Source: the human T2T-CHM13v2.0 reference genome, Homo sapiens
DNA length: 64,000 nucleotides
Reading direction: 5' to 3' (one strand)
Assembly (NCBI RefSeq): GCF_009914755.1
Contig: NC_060926.1
Part shown: in pieces, positions 12,301 to 25,222 of the stretch
Numbering within the stretch: the first letter of the stretch is position 1
How the letters are laid out: the number at the start of each line of letters is the position of its first letter
The notes under the pieces: generated by a model
What the model was told of the DNA's origin: nothing
The model's input: the letters and a program-made list of their open reading frames with translations, nothing else
Database searches by the model: none
Made by a program: the position numbers and the translations under genes

Positions 12301-14886
12301 GACCAGGTCCCCTTGACGAAGGACCCCACTACATTACCAACAATTTACACTGTTAGTCTTTCTCTCATCCTTCCCCAAGGAGACCTCCAGCCTTTTACCA
12401 GGGTAACTGCACTGGGGAAAGGAAAATGATCAAGCATGTTGAGGACTACTGGACATTGGCTCTGAGCTGACCTTGATTTCAGGGGACCCAAAACGTCATT
12501 GTGGTTCTCCAGTTAAAGTAGGGGCTTATGAAGGTCAGGTAATTTATGGAGTTTTAGCTCAGGTCTGACTTACAGTGGCTCCAGTGGGTCCACGGACTCA
12601 TTCTGTGGTCATTTTCCCAGTGCCAGAATGCATAATTGCCATTGACATATTTAGCAGCTGACAGAACCCCCACATTGGCTCCCTGACTAGTGGGGTGAGG
12701 GCAATGATGATGGGAAAGGCCAAATAAAAGCCATTAGAGCTGCCTCTACCTAGAAAAATAGTAAATAAAAACAATATTGTTTCTCCAAGGGATTGCGGAG
12801 ATTAGTGCCACCATCAAGGACTTGAAAGATGCAGGGGTGGTGATTCCCACCACATCCCTGTTCAACTCTCCTATTTGAGCTGTGCAGAAGACAGATGGAT
12901 CTTGGAGAATGACAGTGGATTATTGTAAGCTTAACCAAGTGGTGACTCCAATTGCAGCTGCTGTACCAATTGTGGTTTAATTGCTTGAGCAAATTAACAC
13001 ATCTCCTGGTACCCGTTATGCAGCCATTGACTTGGCAAATACGTTTTTCTCTATTCCTGTCCATAAGGCCAACCAGAAGCAATTTGCATTCTGCTGGCAA
13101 GGCCAGCAATATACCTTTACTGTCCTAGCTCAGGGGTATATCAACTCTCCAGCTTTGTGTCATGATCTTGTTTGAAGAGACCTTGATCACTTTGTGCTTC
13201 CACAAGATATCACACTGGTCCATTACATTAATGACACTATGCTGATTGGATCCAGTGAGCAAGAAGTAACAAACACACTGGACTTACTGGTAAATCATTT
13301 GCATGCCAGAGGATGGGAAATAAATCTGACTAAAATTCAGGGGCCTTCTACCTCAGTAAAATTTCTAGGGGTCTGGTGGTGTGAGGCCTGTTGAGATGTT
13401 CCTTCTAAGGTGAAGCATAAGTTACTGCATTTGGTCCCTCCTACAACTAAGAAAGAGGCATAATGTCTAGTGGGCCTATTTGAATTTTGGAGGCAACACA
13501 TTCCTCATTTGAATGTGTTACTCCAGTCCATTTGTCGAGTGATCCAAAAGACTGCCAGTTTTGAGTGGGATCTAGAAGAGAAGAAGGCTCTGAAACAGGT
13601 CCAGCCTGCTGTGCAAGCTTCTCTGCCACTTGGGCCATATGACTCAGCATATCCAATGGTGCTGGAGGTATCAGTGGCAGATAGGGATGCTGTTTGGAGC
13701 CCTGGCAGGCCCCCATTGGTGAATCACAGTGGAGGCCTCTAGGATATTGGAGCAAGGCCCTGCCATCTTCTGCAGATAACTGCTCTCCTTTTGAAAGGCA
13801 GCTCTTGGCCTGTTACTGGGCTTTGGTGGAAACTGAATGTTTGACTGTGGGTCATCAAGTCACCATGCAACCTGAACTGCCTATCATGAACTGGGAGCTT
13901 TCTGACCCATCTAGCCATAAAGTGGGTCATGCACAGCAGCATTAAATCATCAAATGGAAGTGGTTGGGCTTCCATCAAATGGAAGTGGTTGGGCTCCCAA
14001 TCACATATATATGTGATTGGGCTCAAGCAGTCCCGAAGGCACAAGTAAGTTACATGAGGAAGTGGCTGAAATGCCCATGGTCTCCACTCCTGCCACCCTG
14101 CCTTCTCTTCCCCAGCCTGCACTGATGGCCTCATGGGGAGTTCCCTATGATCAGTTGACAGAGGAAGAGAAGACCAGGGCCTGGTTCACAGATGATCCTG
14201 CACCACCCGAAAGTGGACAGCTGCAGCACTACAGCCCCTTTCCAGGACATCCCTGAAGGACAGTGGTGAAGGGAAGTCTTCCCAGTGGGCAGAATTTCAA
14301 GCACTGTGCCTGGTTGTGCACTTTGCATGGAAGGAGAAATGGCCAGATGTGTGATTACATACTGATTCATGGGCTGTAGCCAATGGTTTGGCCGGTTGGT
14401 CAGGGATGTGGAAGAAGCACGATTGGAAAATTGGTGACCAAAAAATTTGGCGATGAGGTATGTGGATGGAACTCTCTGAGTAGTCAAAAACTGTGAAGAT
14501 ATTTGTATCCTATATGAGTGCTCACCAACGGGTGACCTCAGCAAAGGAGGATTTAAATAATCAAGTGGATAGGATGACCTGTTCTGTGGACACCACTCAT
14601 CCTTTTTCCCCAGCCACCCCTGTCATTGCCCAATGGGCCCATGACCACAGTGGCCATTGTGGCAGGGATGGAGGTTACGCATGGGCTCAGCAACGTGGAC
14701 TTCCACTCACCAAAACTGACATGGCTACGGCCACTCCTGAGTGCCCAATTTGCCAGCAGCATAAACCAACACTGAGCCTTCGATATGGCACCATTCCTCA
14801 GGGTGATCGGCCAGCTACTTGGTGGCAGGTTGATTATATTGGACCTCTTCCATCATGGAAAGGGCAGAGGTTTGTCCTCACTGGAA
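12300..14886 (+). pseudogene. pol: HERV-L pro-pol remnant
   Basis: Protease GLLDIGSELT (near 12443-12472; DTG reads DIG); [24 protein letters not shown] and HYIND (YIDD reads YIND at 13224-13235); RNase H YTDSWAVANG; integrase HDHSGH...CPIC and [10 protein letters not shown]. Confidence 0.92.
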
Positions 14887-14897
14887 AAGGGGAAAGG

Positions 14898-15407
<510 letters not shown>

Positions 15408-18189
15408 CTAAAATGCTTCATTAGCAGAACTTGGGCTCCCACTGCTGCTATCACTATAGGAGGGTTCATCAGAAACAGAATGTCTCACTTCTTACTGGTT
15501 TTCATTTTGGCGTAACTACTTCAGACTGGCAGAATATGATCAGCAACTTGCTAGCCAGAAAAGCTGCAAATAATAGTTTGCAGGTTTCTAGCCCTAACAG
15601 TTTGAAGGTGAATATAGAAGGACAAGTCTGGGGCTGAGGCTTAATAAGGAAATGTCTAACATATTAAGAGGAAACAAAAACTAAAGCATCTGTCATCAGG
15701 TAGGGATCTTACTGGTCCTATTTTTATACATGTAAACTTTCTTATAATTTCACATTCTTCTTAGAATTCATTGATAAATACTTAAAATATAAGAAAAACA
15801 ACTTTATTTGATCACTGGGGCTTTAAAAGGAAACATATCTCAGAGAATGAGTGAATCGCAGCAAGAGAATATAAAGTTTTCAGTACCTGTTACTATTTCC
15901 TTTCTGACGTGGAAAGAAAGCTAAACACATGAAGACGAAGAGCCCTGAGGCATGGAGAATAATGTCACAGGGACATCGTGAGAGAGATGCTAAAAGGTAA
16001 AGACTTCCCATTTTATTGTCCAATGCCCTTAATAATTTAATAGTTGTGTAAAAAAGCTCTGGACTTGGAATTAGGATGCATTTCTGTTTTTGTTTTTTTC
16101 ACATTTGTTGGGTGGCAGTAGGAATAAATTAGTTTACAGAGAGTGGGCTTCCCTTCTACAGAGGAAAAAAAAGCTCTTGGATTCATTAATTCTTTTTAGG
16201 TTTTGTCCAGCTTTATTGTTCTGTTTCATGAAAATGGATGATGATGATAATGATAATGATGATGACAATTTGTATAACGAATAGAATTGAATTTTTATTG
16301 AATGCTAACCATATGCCAGAAACTAGGATAAGCACTCTGTATATATAATGACAACCATCGTTAATGTATTTAAAGCACCTGCATTTAACAGAAGAGAAAA
16401 TTAGGCATAAGTGAACTAGTTACTCTCCTTATGTGTGTATAGCTGAATGCAGACCTAAAACTAATTCTCAGTGCTTCGTTAAAAGCACTAAATTTATAAG
16501 AGAAAGATGCCCATAAATGCTGGATATATTTTATGTCCAAAGATTCTTGGGTAGACACTGCTACAGTAGGAGTGCTCGTAAGAATGACAAGCTCTTCAAT
16601 TGCTTTCTTTCTTTTTATCAGTCCATTCACTTGCTGCCCTTTGGCATAAGGTACTTTTATCTTCAGCATCCCTGGAGCACAGTATATGCACTAGGAAACC
16701 AATAAACATGGCAACATTCAACATTAAATTGCAATTACATATTACTTCTTTCATAATGCTAGAGCATGATGAAATTTCTACAAATTACATTTCATAATTT
16801 AATATGCTGGATGAATCATGATTCGTGCTTAAAAATCATTAGCAGTTGAATTTTTAACACTCTTCAAGTTGTTTGAAAGTTGTGTTTAGTGAACCATTGT
16901 GGGTGAACTCTTTGGTCAGACAAAAGGAAAATATAAGGCTTCCTAATTTCTCTGACCTGAGGTGGGGTTGGGGATTGGGTTAGAGCTGTTTTTGCTGCTT
17001 GGTAGTATCACCGGAGCAGGTGTAAAATTGCTATAGAGGCAGAGTCATTTGGGCATTGCCAGGGAGATTATTATGTTATTTGTATCAATTTTTGGGTGAG
17101 AAAGAGCTGATCCAGAGATTTGAGCACTCTGTCCCCACCCCAGATTATGAGATTCTATAGTCCTTACTTAATAGGTATGTTATCTCAATTCGTTTTCACA
17201 GCACTTTTCTTAAAAATAAAACAAAACAGATATTTGTTGAGCTGTCCTTCTGGGTCAGCCTTTGTAGTGGGGAGGGGGGGCTGTGACTACAGACATCAGT
17301 GAGACCATCACTGTCATTAAATGAAGCTTGTACACTCATGGGTAGAGAGATCTGTAAATAAATTGTAATAAGTCATGTGGAGTGCAGCACACCTTCATCT
17401 AAGGAAAAAAAGCCCATAGGAAGGAAAAATCTCCCCCATCCCTCTTTTTCTTCTCATTGGACCCTTTCTCTTCTTGTTGGACTCTTTCTCTTGCCCATTA
17501 GTTCATCTCTCACTGGTGGGCTTTACTGGTACAGGGGAATAAAGTTGTTAGTGTCTCAACCCTGTTTGTTTTCTATGATCAGAGCATGGTTGGAAGAAGT
17601 GGAGATGCCAGCTGGCAAAGCCACTTCTGGTAGATCAGGGACAGTAGAGGGGACACTGGCATCTGGCTGGCTTTTGAGACTTCTCTGACAATCTGTCTCC
17701 CTGTAGAGCAGGAGTGCTTCTTAGCATATGGTCACCATGTCACATGGCAGAGCATCAGAGGGCCTGTCAGTCAGAGAATGTCCACATAACAGGGCAGACT
17801 GTGCTGGCATGCATCCCTCAGCTGTTGAGTAACCTTACTCCATGTTCTGCATGATTTTTTAGCACAAGATACCCAGTGTTCGAATCCCTCCTTGTAGGGG
17901 TATCACAAAGGAAAATCCCACAAGACCTCCTTGGTTCTGTGCTTTGTAAATGTGGACAACTTCCCAGATGGAGATAAACTACCCTTTCTTCTGAACTCAG
18001 CCTGAGAACTGCATGGGCTAGGCTGTCTTTTTCTCAGGTTTGAATCAGCTCAGATAAACTCTTCTTGGTGCACTAGCCAGGACTCCCCATGGGTGCTCTA
18101 TAGTGAACCCTTCAAATGCTTCTCTCTGTGTGTAGTCTTAAGAGTCCTACCAGAGTCCCTTGTAGACTGCATGTGTTTTCCAGAGGGAT

Positions 18190-18420
18190 AGTGTAGAAAT
18201 GGCATCAAGCTGTAAAAGACAAGTTTAATTCCCAGCTTTGCGCTTGTTTCTTTTGTAACATGAGTGAGTCACTTAATGTCTCAATGTATTTATCTTAAAA
18301 TTAGAATGATAATCCAGAAATTCCACAGAGTTGCGACTGCCTTGCATGCATGTCTTTCTTCCCTTTTAGCACATTTCTTGACACAAAGGAGGTGCTTGAT
18401 GAATGTTTCTTGAATGAATT
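18190..18420 (+). mobile_element. MIR remnant followed by L2 3' end
   Basis: gtttaattcccagctttgc...gtgagtcacttaatgtctc; gacacaaaggaggtgcttgatgaatgtttcttgaatgaat. Confidence 0.6.
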
Positions 18421-19729
18421 GCTGGTGAGGGAAAGAAAGCAATTCAGAGTCACTTTTTTTTTTTTCTTTTCCTTTTTCTTGGAATGGAGAGGGAAGAGTA
18501 AATGTGAGGGAACTGTGGAATTTCTTCTCAGTTAGAAACCTTAGTTGCAGCTCCTCTTGCTCTGGACTTTCCTTTGCATTATTTTATTGACATTGTCATA
18601 AATCCAGCTCCATTCGAGCAAAGTTTTGTAGCAAATCTACCTTCTACTTAAATGAGAACAAAGCAGATTTTGATTAGAAATCTCTCAGCAGAGCAGAACA
18701 GGGCACTTAGGAATTATATGCTGTGACACAGTATACACTTATACCAGATAAATCATTTCTGCATTGAAGACTCTGCCAGTTACCACCATTTGTGCTGGGT
18801 GATTGCATTCAAACTAGTTGTTTACCTGCCTGATGGCAAAGATTGCATCTCATTCATCTTTAAATATCTCTAATGGATGGTGGAGGACTTTCCACATAGT
18901 GGTTACTAAACAGACATGTATGTTTTGAATGAATACACTTGAAGATTGTTATTGACGTTGTAAAGGCCACAACGTAAAAATGCTGCAAGGAGTCATGTAC
19001 TTTTCTTAGACCAATGTGATGGTATAAATATTATTTCATATGCACAGTTGTAGAAATGGACTAGGCATATAATCAGTGTTCTGATTATAGGTTGCAGTTG
19101 TTATTTTGTTAATAGCTTCTTCTGTCATTAATTCAAAATTCAATTTTTGCCACATCAATTTTATTTGCTCATATAGTCTCCAGATGTTTTTCCTGTGCTC
19201 ATGCTATTTCTCCATGCAATTTTCACATTTCCAAGCCCAGAAACCTCTGTTTCTTCTCACATTTGGAGTTTACCACAGTCTGCAATCATGCATTTGTTTT
19301 AGAGGTTAGGAGAAACTTATATATTACTGAATCCAATCCCACATTTTCTTGGGACATTCTGTTACTTTGTGTATTCATACAGAAAAGGAAGGGAACTGGA
19401 AGAATTGATATGAGAAATGTCATTTTCAAACTATGCTTTGGTAAGTTTCCCATGTCACTGAAAATTTTCAAGAGCAATTTGAGAAACTTGGAGTATATGA
19501 CAGACACAATTGGTTGCATACTCAATAATTGTCTGCCCAATAGCCATTCTTTTTTCCATTCCCTTTTTCATGCTCGTAGAACCAAAATGTATTCAGTCAG
19601 GTATGTGCCCACTTCCACTGATTTAGTCAAGATGGGTCTGAGCTGGTCATGGTTACTCCACTGTGCTGTTTCATGACCTAGTTCTTGCCATCCCCACTTA
19701 TAGATCTCTGGGGCACACTCTTTTTTAAG

Positions 19730-19817
19730 CTCTGGGATGGATCTCAGACACCATCTATTTTTTTCCTAAGATCATTATATGATTCTAAATGTGAAGCCAT
19801 GGTTGAAAACCACTGCT
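19730..19817. mobile_element. MER5-type DNA transposon end
   Basis: tgattctaaatgtgaagccatggttgaaaaccactg resembles the MER5 terminus. Confidence 0.5.
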
Positions 19818-22323
19818 GCAGCATATTCTGAACAAATAGGTCCTCAACACATGACTTTTAGTTAAAAATACAGTGAGGGGATTTAATTTTATATAAAAGT
19901 AGTTTAATGGATTTTTTTTCCATTAAAATACAAATCAATTTCTGGATTTCTACCAACTCTTTTTATAGTCTACTAAGTGAAACTGCATATGTGTTTACTG
20001 CATTGAAACCCCAACAATGACAACAACAGAAAGTCCTGCTGCTTTGAGTTTTGTAGCCTGTCAAAATGTCAAAAGGGTTGGCATCAAGACCTCATTTTAA
20101 ATGAATGCCTTGTGGTATAAATAAGATATTCAGTAAGCCACTGGAAAATCTCAAGTTTGCTTGGGGAGGCTTTGCCGTTAGCCTCCCCAAGCAAAGAGCT
20201 ATTTCCCAACTCATGAAGAAATTCGTCATGTGGAACTGCCTCCTCACCGTCTCTGCCATGGGCCACTGGAAATCACTGCTTGGCTGGCAGAGCACAGGGC
20301 CCTCTGCAGGTTAGAGCTTACTGTTCATTTTTCTTCCTTTCCTGTTCACCAATATTTTTGGGTCTAAGCTATTTTGGAGTACAAAGTGCTTCTTCCCCTC
20401 CCGACATAGTCTGGGAGAGAAATATCTGCATTTTTTTTATAGGTGATGGCTGCATCCTTGTTTATGTTTGCCAAACTAATGTTACAGAGTCAACTGCCGT
20501 GAATAAATGTTGGAAAAGAAAGAGTCCCAACTCTGAAGGAACTTAGGTTTTGCTTTGTTTTGTAAATATCAATTATGCAGAAAAAAGATGTGTGTTCATA
20601 AGGTCAGGAAATTGATGTGCACTGGTCTGAGTCTTCTAAACTGAGGTTATTCTTACATGGGACAACCTTAAGACTGTTCTTAGGATGAATATTCCATGGA
20701 TATGTACCTGTCCAGCTCACCAGCTGTTCTCCCTGTGATTGTGAGTGACTTTTCTCAGTGGTGGATATCAGACATTCAGGTGGCTGAATATTTTGAATGT
20801 CATCACTGCTGTAGAATTTGTATCCACTTGCATTGTGGCTAGCATTGCTTGGCATTTTGCTATTCACTCTCTTTTTCATGTATGTTGGCAGCTAGATGGG
20901 AGACAATAAGGAGAGGCCGTGCTTCATGTTTTGTGAGGTCGTTGTTGGTGTGCCTTTTTTTGTTGGTTGGTTGGTGTTTAATTTACTTTTCTCACAATGG
21001 TGGCACAATCTTTGACATTTAGTTCAAAATAAATATTTGCTGTTTGGCTAAGAGGTTCAAAGCACCAAGGGTAGTGGAACCACACATGAATATTGTGTTC
21101 ACACAAACAGTATACTCAAAACAGATGGTGTCTGATCATGGACTGCTGCAGAAAAAATAGAAACCAAACACCATGCACAATTTCTAGCTGTCTCTTTCTG
21201 ACCCCAGAGATCACAGTTTATTCTAACTCTTAGAATCCCAAGGGAGAATCACTGCCCCAGATCATAACTGAGGTCGGAGCTGCTAGCTCCTAGGTAGCTG
21301 CAAACCTCTGTTTATTTTGACAGGCAGTTTATGAGCATCCCTTCAGTGTACATTTGATGAGGCAAACCCTTTTCCAAAAGCTAGTTACTTATACTTATTT
21401 ATCCATTTCCCAGCCACTATAATTCTCTCTTCTCTTGAAATTCCTGACTGCTACTCAGGAATACATTTTAAAATATGCTGTCATTATGGAGCTTAAGTAG
21501 TGTTTTGCATCTGTAATTTGTTATGTTGATCGATGTGAGCCACATTTTGAACATAATAATGCAATTTCATTTGTTTAAATATCATTAATAACAGTATTTC
21601 ATAATGTACTATGCTTAAAAATGGAAATATTATAGTCAGAAAGTGTAGCAATGAATGAGAAGAAAGCTGGAGATCAAAGAGCTGCTGGTGAGTTCACACA
21701 TTTATAAGTGTTTAATGAGTCAGAGGGGGCTGAATAGGTAAGTGGCTATGTAACCAAATGACTCCCTCTGTTCCTATCTCTTAATGTAGTCATACATCCC
21801 CATTTAGGAGCCACATAAAAGCTAGCTTCACCCAGCCCTTGTCACAGTTGGTATGCCAGCCAGCCCCTTTCCTCCTTAGCCTGGAAGTGTCTCTTCTCTT
21901 GTCCCTGGGTCTTTGTTTCCTTGCCATGACTCTTCAGCTGCAGATATCTCACCTAGCCAGCCCCTCCCAGGCTGACAGCCACTTGGTTTGTTATCTCTGC
22001 TGCTCTTCTCCCTCCTTCCCCTGGTTTTACTACTCTTACTGCTTGGAGAGAGGCAGAGAGAGAGCCATGTCCCGTACCACTTCTACCTGGCCGATTTCAA
22101 TAGGATACCGGGCTACTGGGTACATTCCCTTCCTTTTCATCTAAAAGGATTGAGCAAAATCAACTTTTTGAAAAGTAAAATATTAACCTACAACATGACT
22201 TATTATATTAAGTCCATTTATTAATATTTGTAAGATATGGTGCTAGGGGCTGAGAATGCAAAGCTGTGCCCTCAATGAGTTTTCAGTTTATGGAGAATTA
22301 AACTAAATTTTCTTTAAGTTTAG

Positions 22324-22655
<332 letters not shown>

Positions 22656-23434
22656 TAATTAGTTTTTATTTATGTAATTAACTTTATTATTATGGTATTA
22701 ATAATAAATGTGGTGCACAGTGATAAATGTTTTGAATAAGAGGGTATTGGCCTATAGAGGGGAGGTGTCTTGGAGGTTTGAACTGTGCCTTGAAGAATGA
22801 GCAGGTTGAAAATTAACACATGTACTCAAGAGAACATAAAATATCACCAAAGAGGAAAATCCTCAGAAATTTTGTACCGCTTATCCAATCCGTAACAAAC
22901 CACTGAGGAGATAAGTCAGCAAAACCTTCTACCTTCCTTAGAGAAATGAATAATTTTGGAAAGGGAATGAAAAGATATGAATTGCTGGAAGGAAGTATTG
23001 ATTAAAGGATTAAAATAACCAGTGTACTTTAGCTGAAGAATGACTGTGGCTATATGTGCACACAAATTAAAGTTTAAAACAAGCATTTTAATTTGATTGA
23101 ACAGTGGATTATTTTGAAAAGAAAATAAAAGAATTCAGTCAGTTGCAAAACAGAATAATCTTATTTGAATAGATTTAATCCATATCAAGAAAATTGCCTT
23201 GTAGAAATTGGGGTGCGTGTGTGTATATGTACATATGTGTGTGTGCATGTGTATAAAAACCATCTAAAAACAGATTTCCTGCTAGAATAAATTTTCATTT
23301 GTCCAGAGGTGTGTCCTAAGGAAATACAGAAATCTGGAAAAGTATCACCTAATTCATCAATGAGTATAATTGATTCTGTCATAATAATAAAAAGCCAAGG
23401 TCAGTTACCTTGCTCCATTTTTTTAGCTGAACAT

Positions 23435-23991
23435 TGTGGTTATTTGCTAGCATTGCTCCCTCCATTTTGAAACTCCTTTTTTTGTACCATCAATTAAATT
23501 TTATTTTGAAGAATCATGTGTCCCTCATTTGAAGTCTATGACATTTGGGTGGTGTTGACTCTGTGCTTGATCCAAAGGTAAACATTAGGCTCCCACATAG
23601 ACAATCAGCATGAGTTGCCCTGGCTGCAAAGTGAACTTAGGGATAGATCTGTGACCCAAGAAGGACTGCAATGGGTCATTGAAAGAGATTAGAAAAAAGA
23701 AAAGTGCTGTCTTCCATTGAACTTGAATTTTGGAGGATATGAGGACAGCACTCTGGAGCAAGCCATTTTGCCAGGACCAGTGAAAGTTAACATGGAGATG
23801 ACAAACAGAAAGCAACCAAGAGATAAGAAAGGAAAAACTGGATTCTAGAGTCATTATTTTTGTTTCCTGAATCAATTAATTCCTAGAGCCTACCATGAAC
23901 TTTTCAGCTGTAAGAATCAATAAATTCCCCCTTTGCTTCAATCAGCTGGGCTTGAGTTTTTGTCACTTACAATAGAAATAACACTGATACA
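23435..23991 (+). mobile_element. Ancient MaLR LTR (MLT1J/K/L-like)
   Basis: TG...CA ends; 3' part gaacttttcagctgtaagaatcaataaattccccctttgctt...ttttgtcacttacaa is typical of old MLT1. Confidence 0.65.
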
Positions 23992-24179
23992 CACTTGATT
24001 GGATTCTTGTATTTCTTAACTTCAATTACATCAAATTCATGTTCAATTTTGTTGAACCTAAAATTGTGCCCAATCTTGTTGGCCCAAAATTGATGTTTGT
24101 TGTATTTCGTTGTGCCCAAAATTGGGGTTTGTTGTGTTTCATTGTATAGTTTGGAAGTTACATTGCAGATATTTGGAAA

Positions 24180-24370
24180 GGAAGCATGATGAAGGAGGAG
24201 GAGTCAGACAGCCCTAGACTTTAATTTCCACTTCTATCATGCATGCATTGGATAACTGCTGCCATGTCATTTCAACCCTCTGAACATTTGTTTCCTCATC
24301 TGTTAAGTACAGATAGTAATGACTACCTCACTGGATTTTTTATGAGGCACATGTGGGACAATATGTTTAG
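24180..24370 (+). mobile_element. MIR SINE
   Basis: gagtcagacagccctag...tcaaccctctgaacatttgtttcctcatctgttaag...actacctcactggatt. Confidence 0.7.
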
Positions 24371-24744
24371 CAATAGAAGAATAATAACTGCTGGAATATT
24401 GTAAATTAAACACATGATATTTCAGTGCCTTTACTTATAGATCACTCAGGTACAATCTTGATTTATGCAAACCTAGTAGCAACTAACTAAATTAATCTGT
24501 TTGTAATCATTATCATTAAAACTGACATTCCTTGCCTGATCTAGTGCCAAAACCTCCTAGAAGTGGGCTAGCCATCCCACGCTGCCTTTTCAATAATTCC
24601 CTTAGATTTCCTGTTTGCATACAGAGGCATTTCTCACAGTTTCATCTGAGGACAACTTGTATCAGAATCACTAGAGATGTTGAAAATAAAAATTCCAAGA
24701 CTCCATTGTATATTTACTGCGTTAGCCTCAGTAGGAGCTTCTGA

Positions 24745-25222
24745 CCTGCCAGAGTCCTTGACCTGCTTGTACGTAGGATAGAGAACACACTGATTGGCAT
24801 GGTATGCAAAGCTCTTCTCAGTCTGGTGCTTCGCAGACTCATCTTTCTATCAACTGCATTCTAGCCACACCAAAAGTTCTTGGCATTCCTTGAGCATACA
24901 ATCCTCTTTAATCATTAAATTTTCATACATGTAATTATTTTCACTTGAAAAATCTTTCTCTTTACCTTTTGGCAAACTACTACTTATGGCTAGTGATAGG
25001 GAGATATTAAATCTTCCAGGATCTTCCACTTCATGGAGACAGTACTTTCCCTTTCTAAGGCACATTTCATTTAATGAATTATTTGCTTTACGTGACTGTT
25101 AACTGCCTCTCCTCTCCCACTTTTTCCTCTGGACTATGGGCAATCTAGATATGATCATTATTATTTAATGAGGTACTCTGTGGATATTTGTTGAATAAAT
25201 ACATGAATGAAAGAATGAATGA
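24745..25222 (+). mobile_element. L2 LINE 3' remnant
   Basis: attctagccacacc...ttcttggcattccttgagc; ends gatatttgttgaataaatacatgaatgaaagaatgaatga. Confidence 0.6.

Larger units (their letters stand above)
10516..14886 (+). mobile_element. HERV-L internal region, 3'-truncated within integrase (no dUTPase, no 3' LTR)
   Basis: Collinear gag, protease, RT, RNase H and integrase remnants across ORF fragments 10649..15017. Confidence 0.95.

Noticed and set aside
19263-19676. 137-aa ORF
   Set aside because: Non-ATG start, and it runs into what looks like an ancient LTR fragment (about 19500-19690); no recognisable homology.
20084-20879. Cluster of short ORFs in unique sequence, e.g. 20604..20879(-), 91 aa
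   Set aside because: No recognisable domain and no convincing paired splice sites; lengths are within chance expectation.
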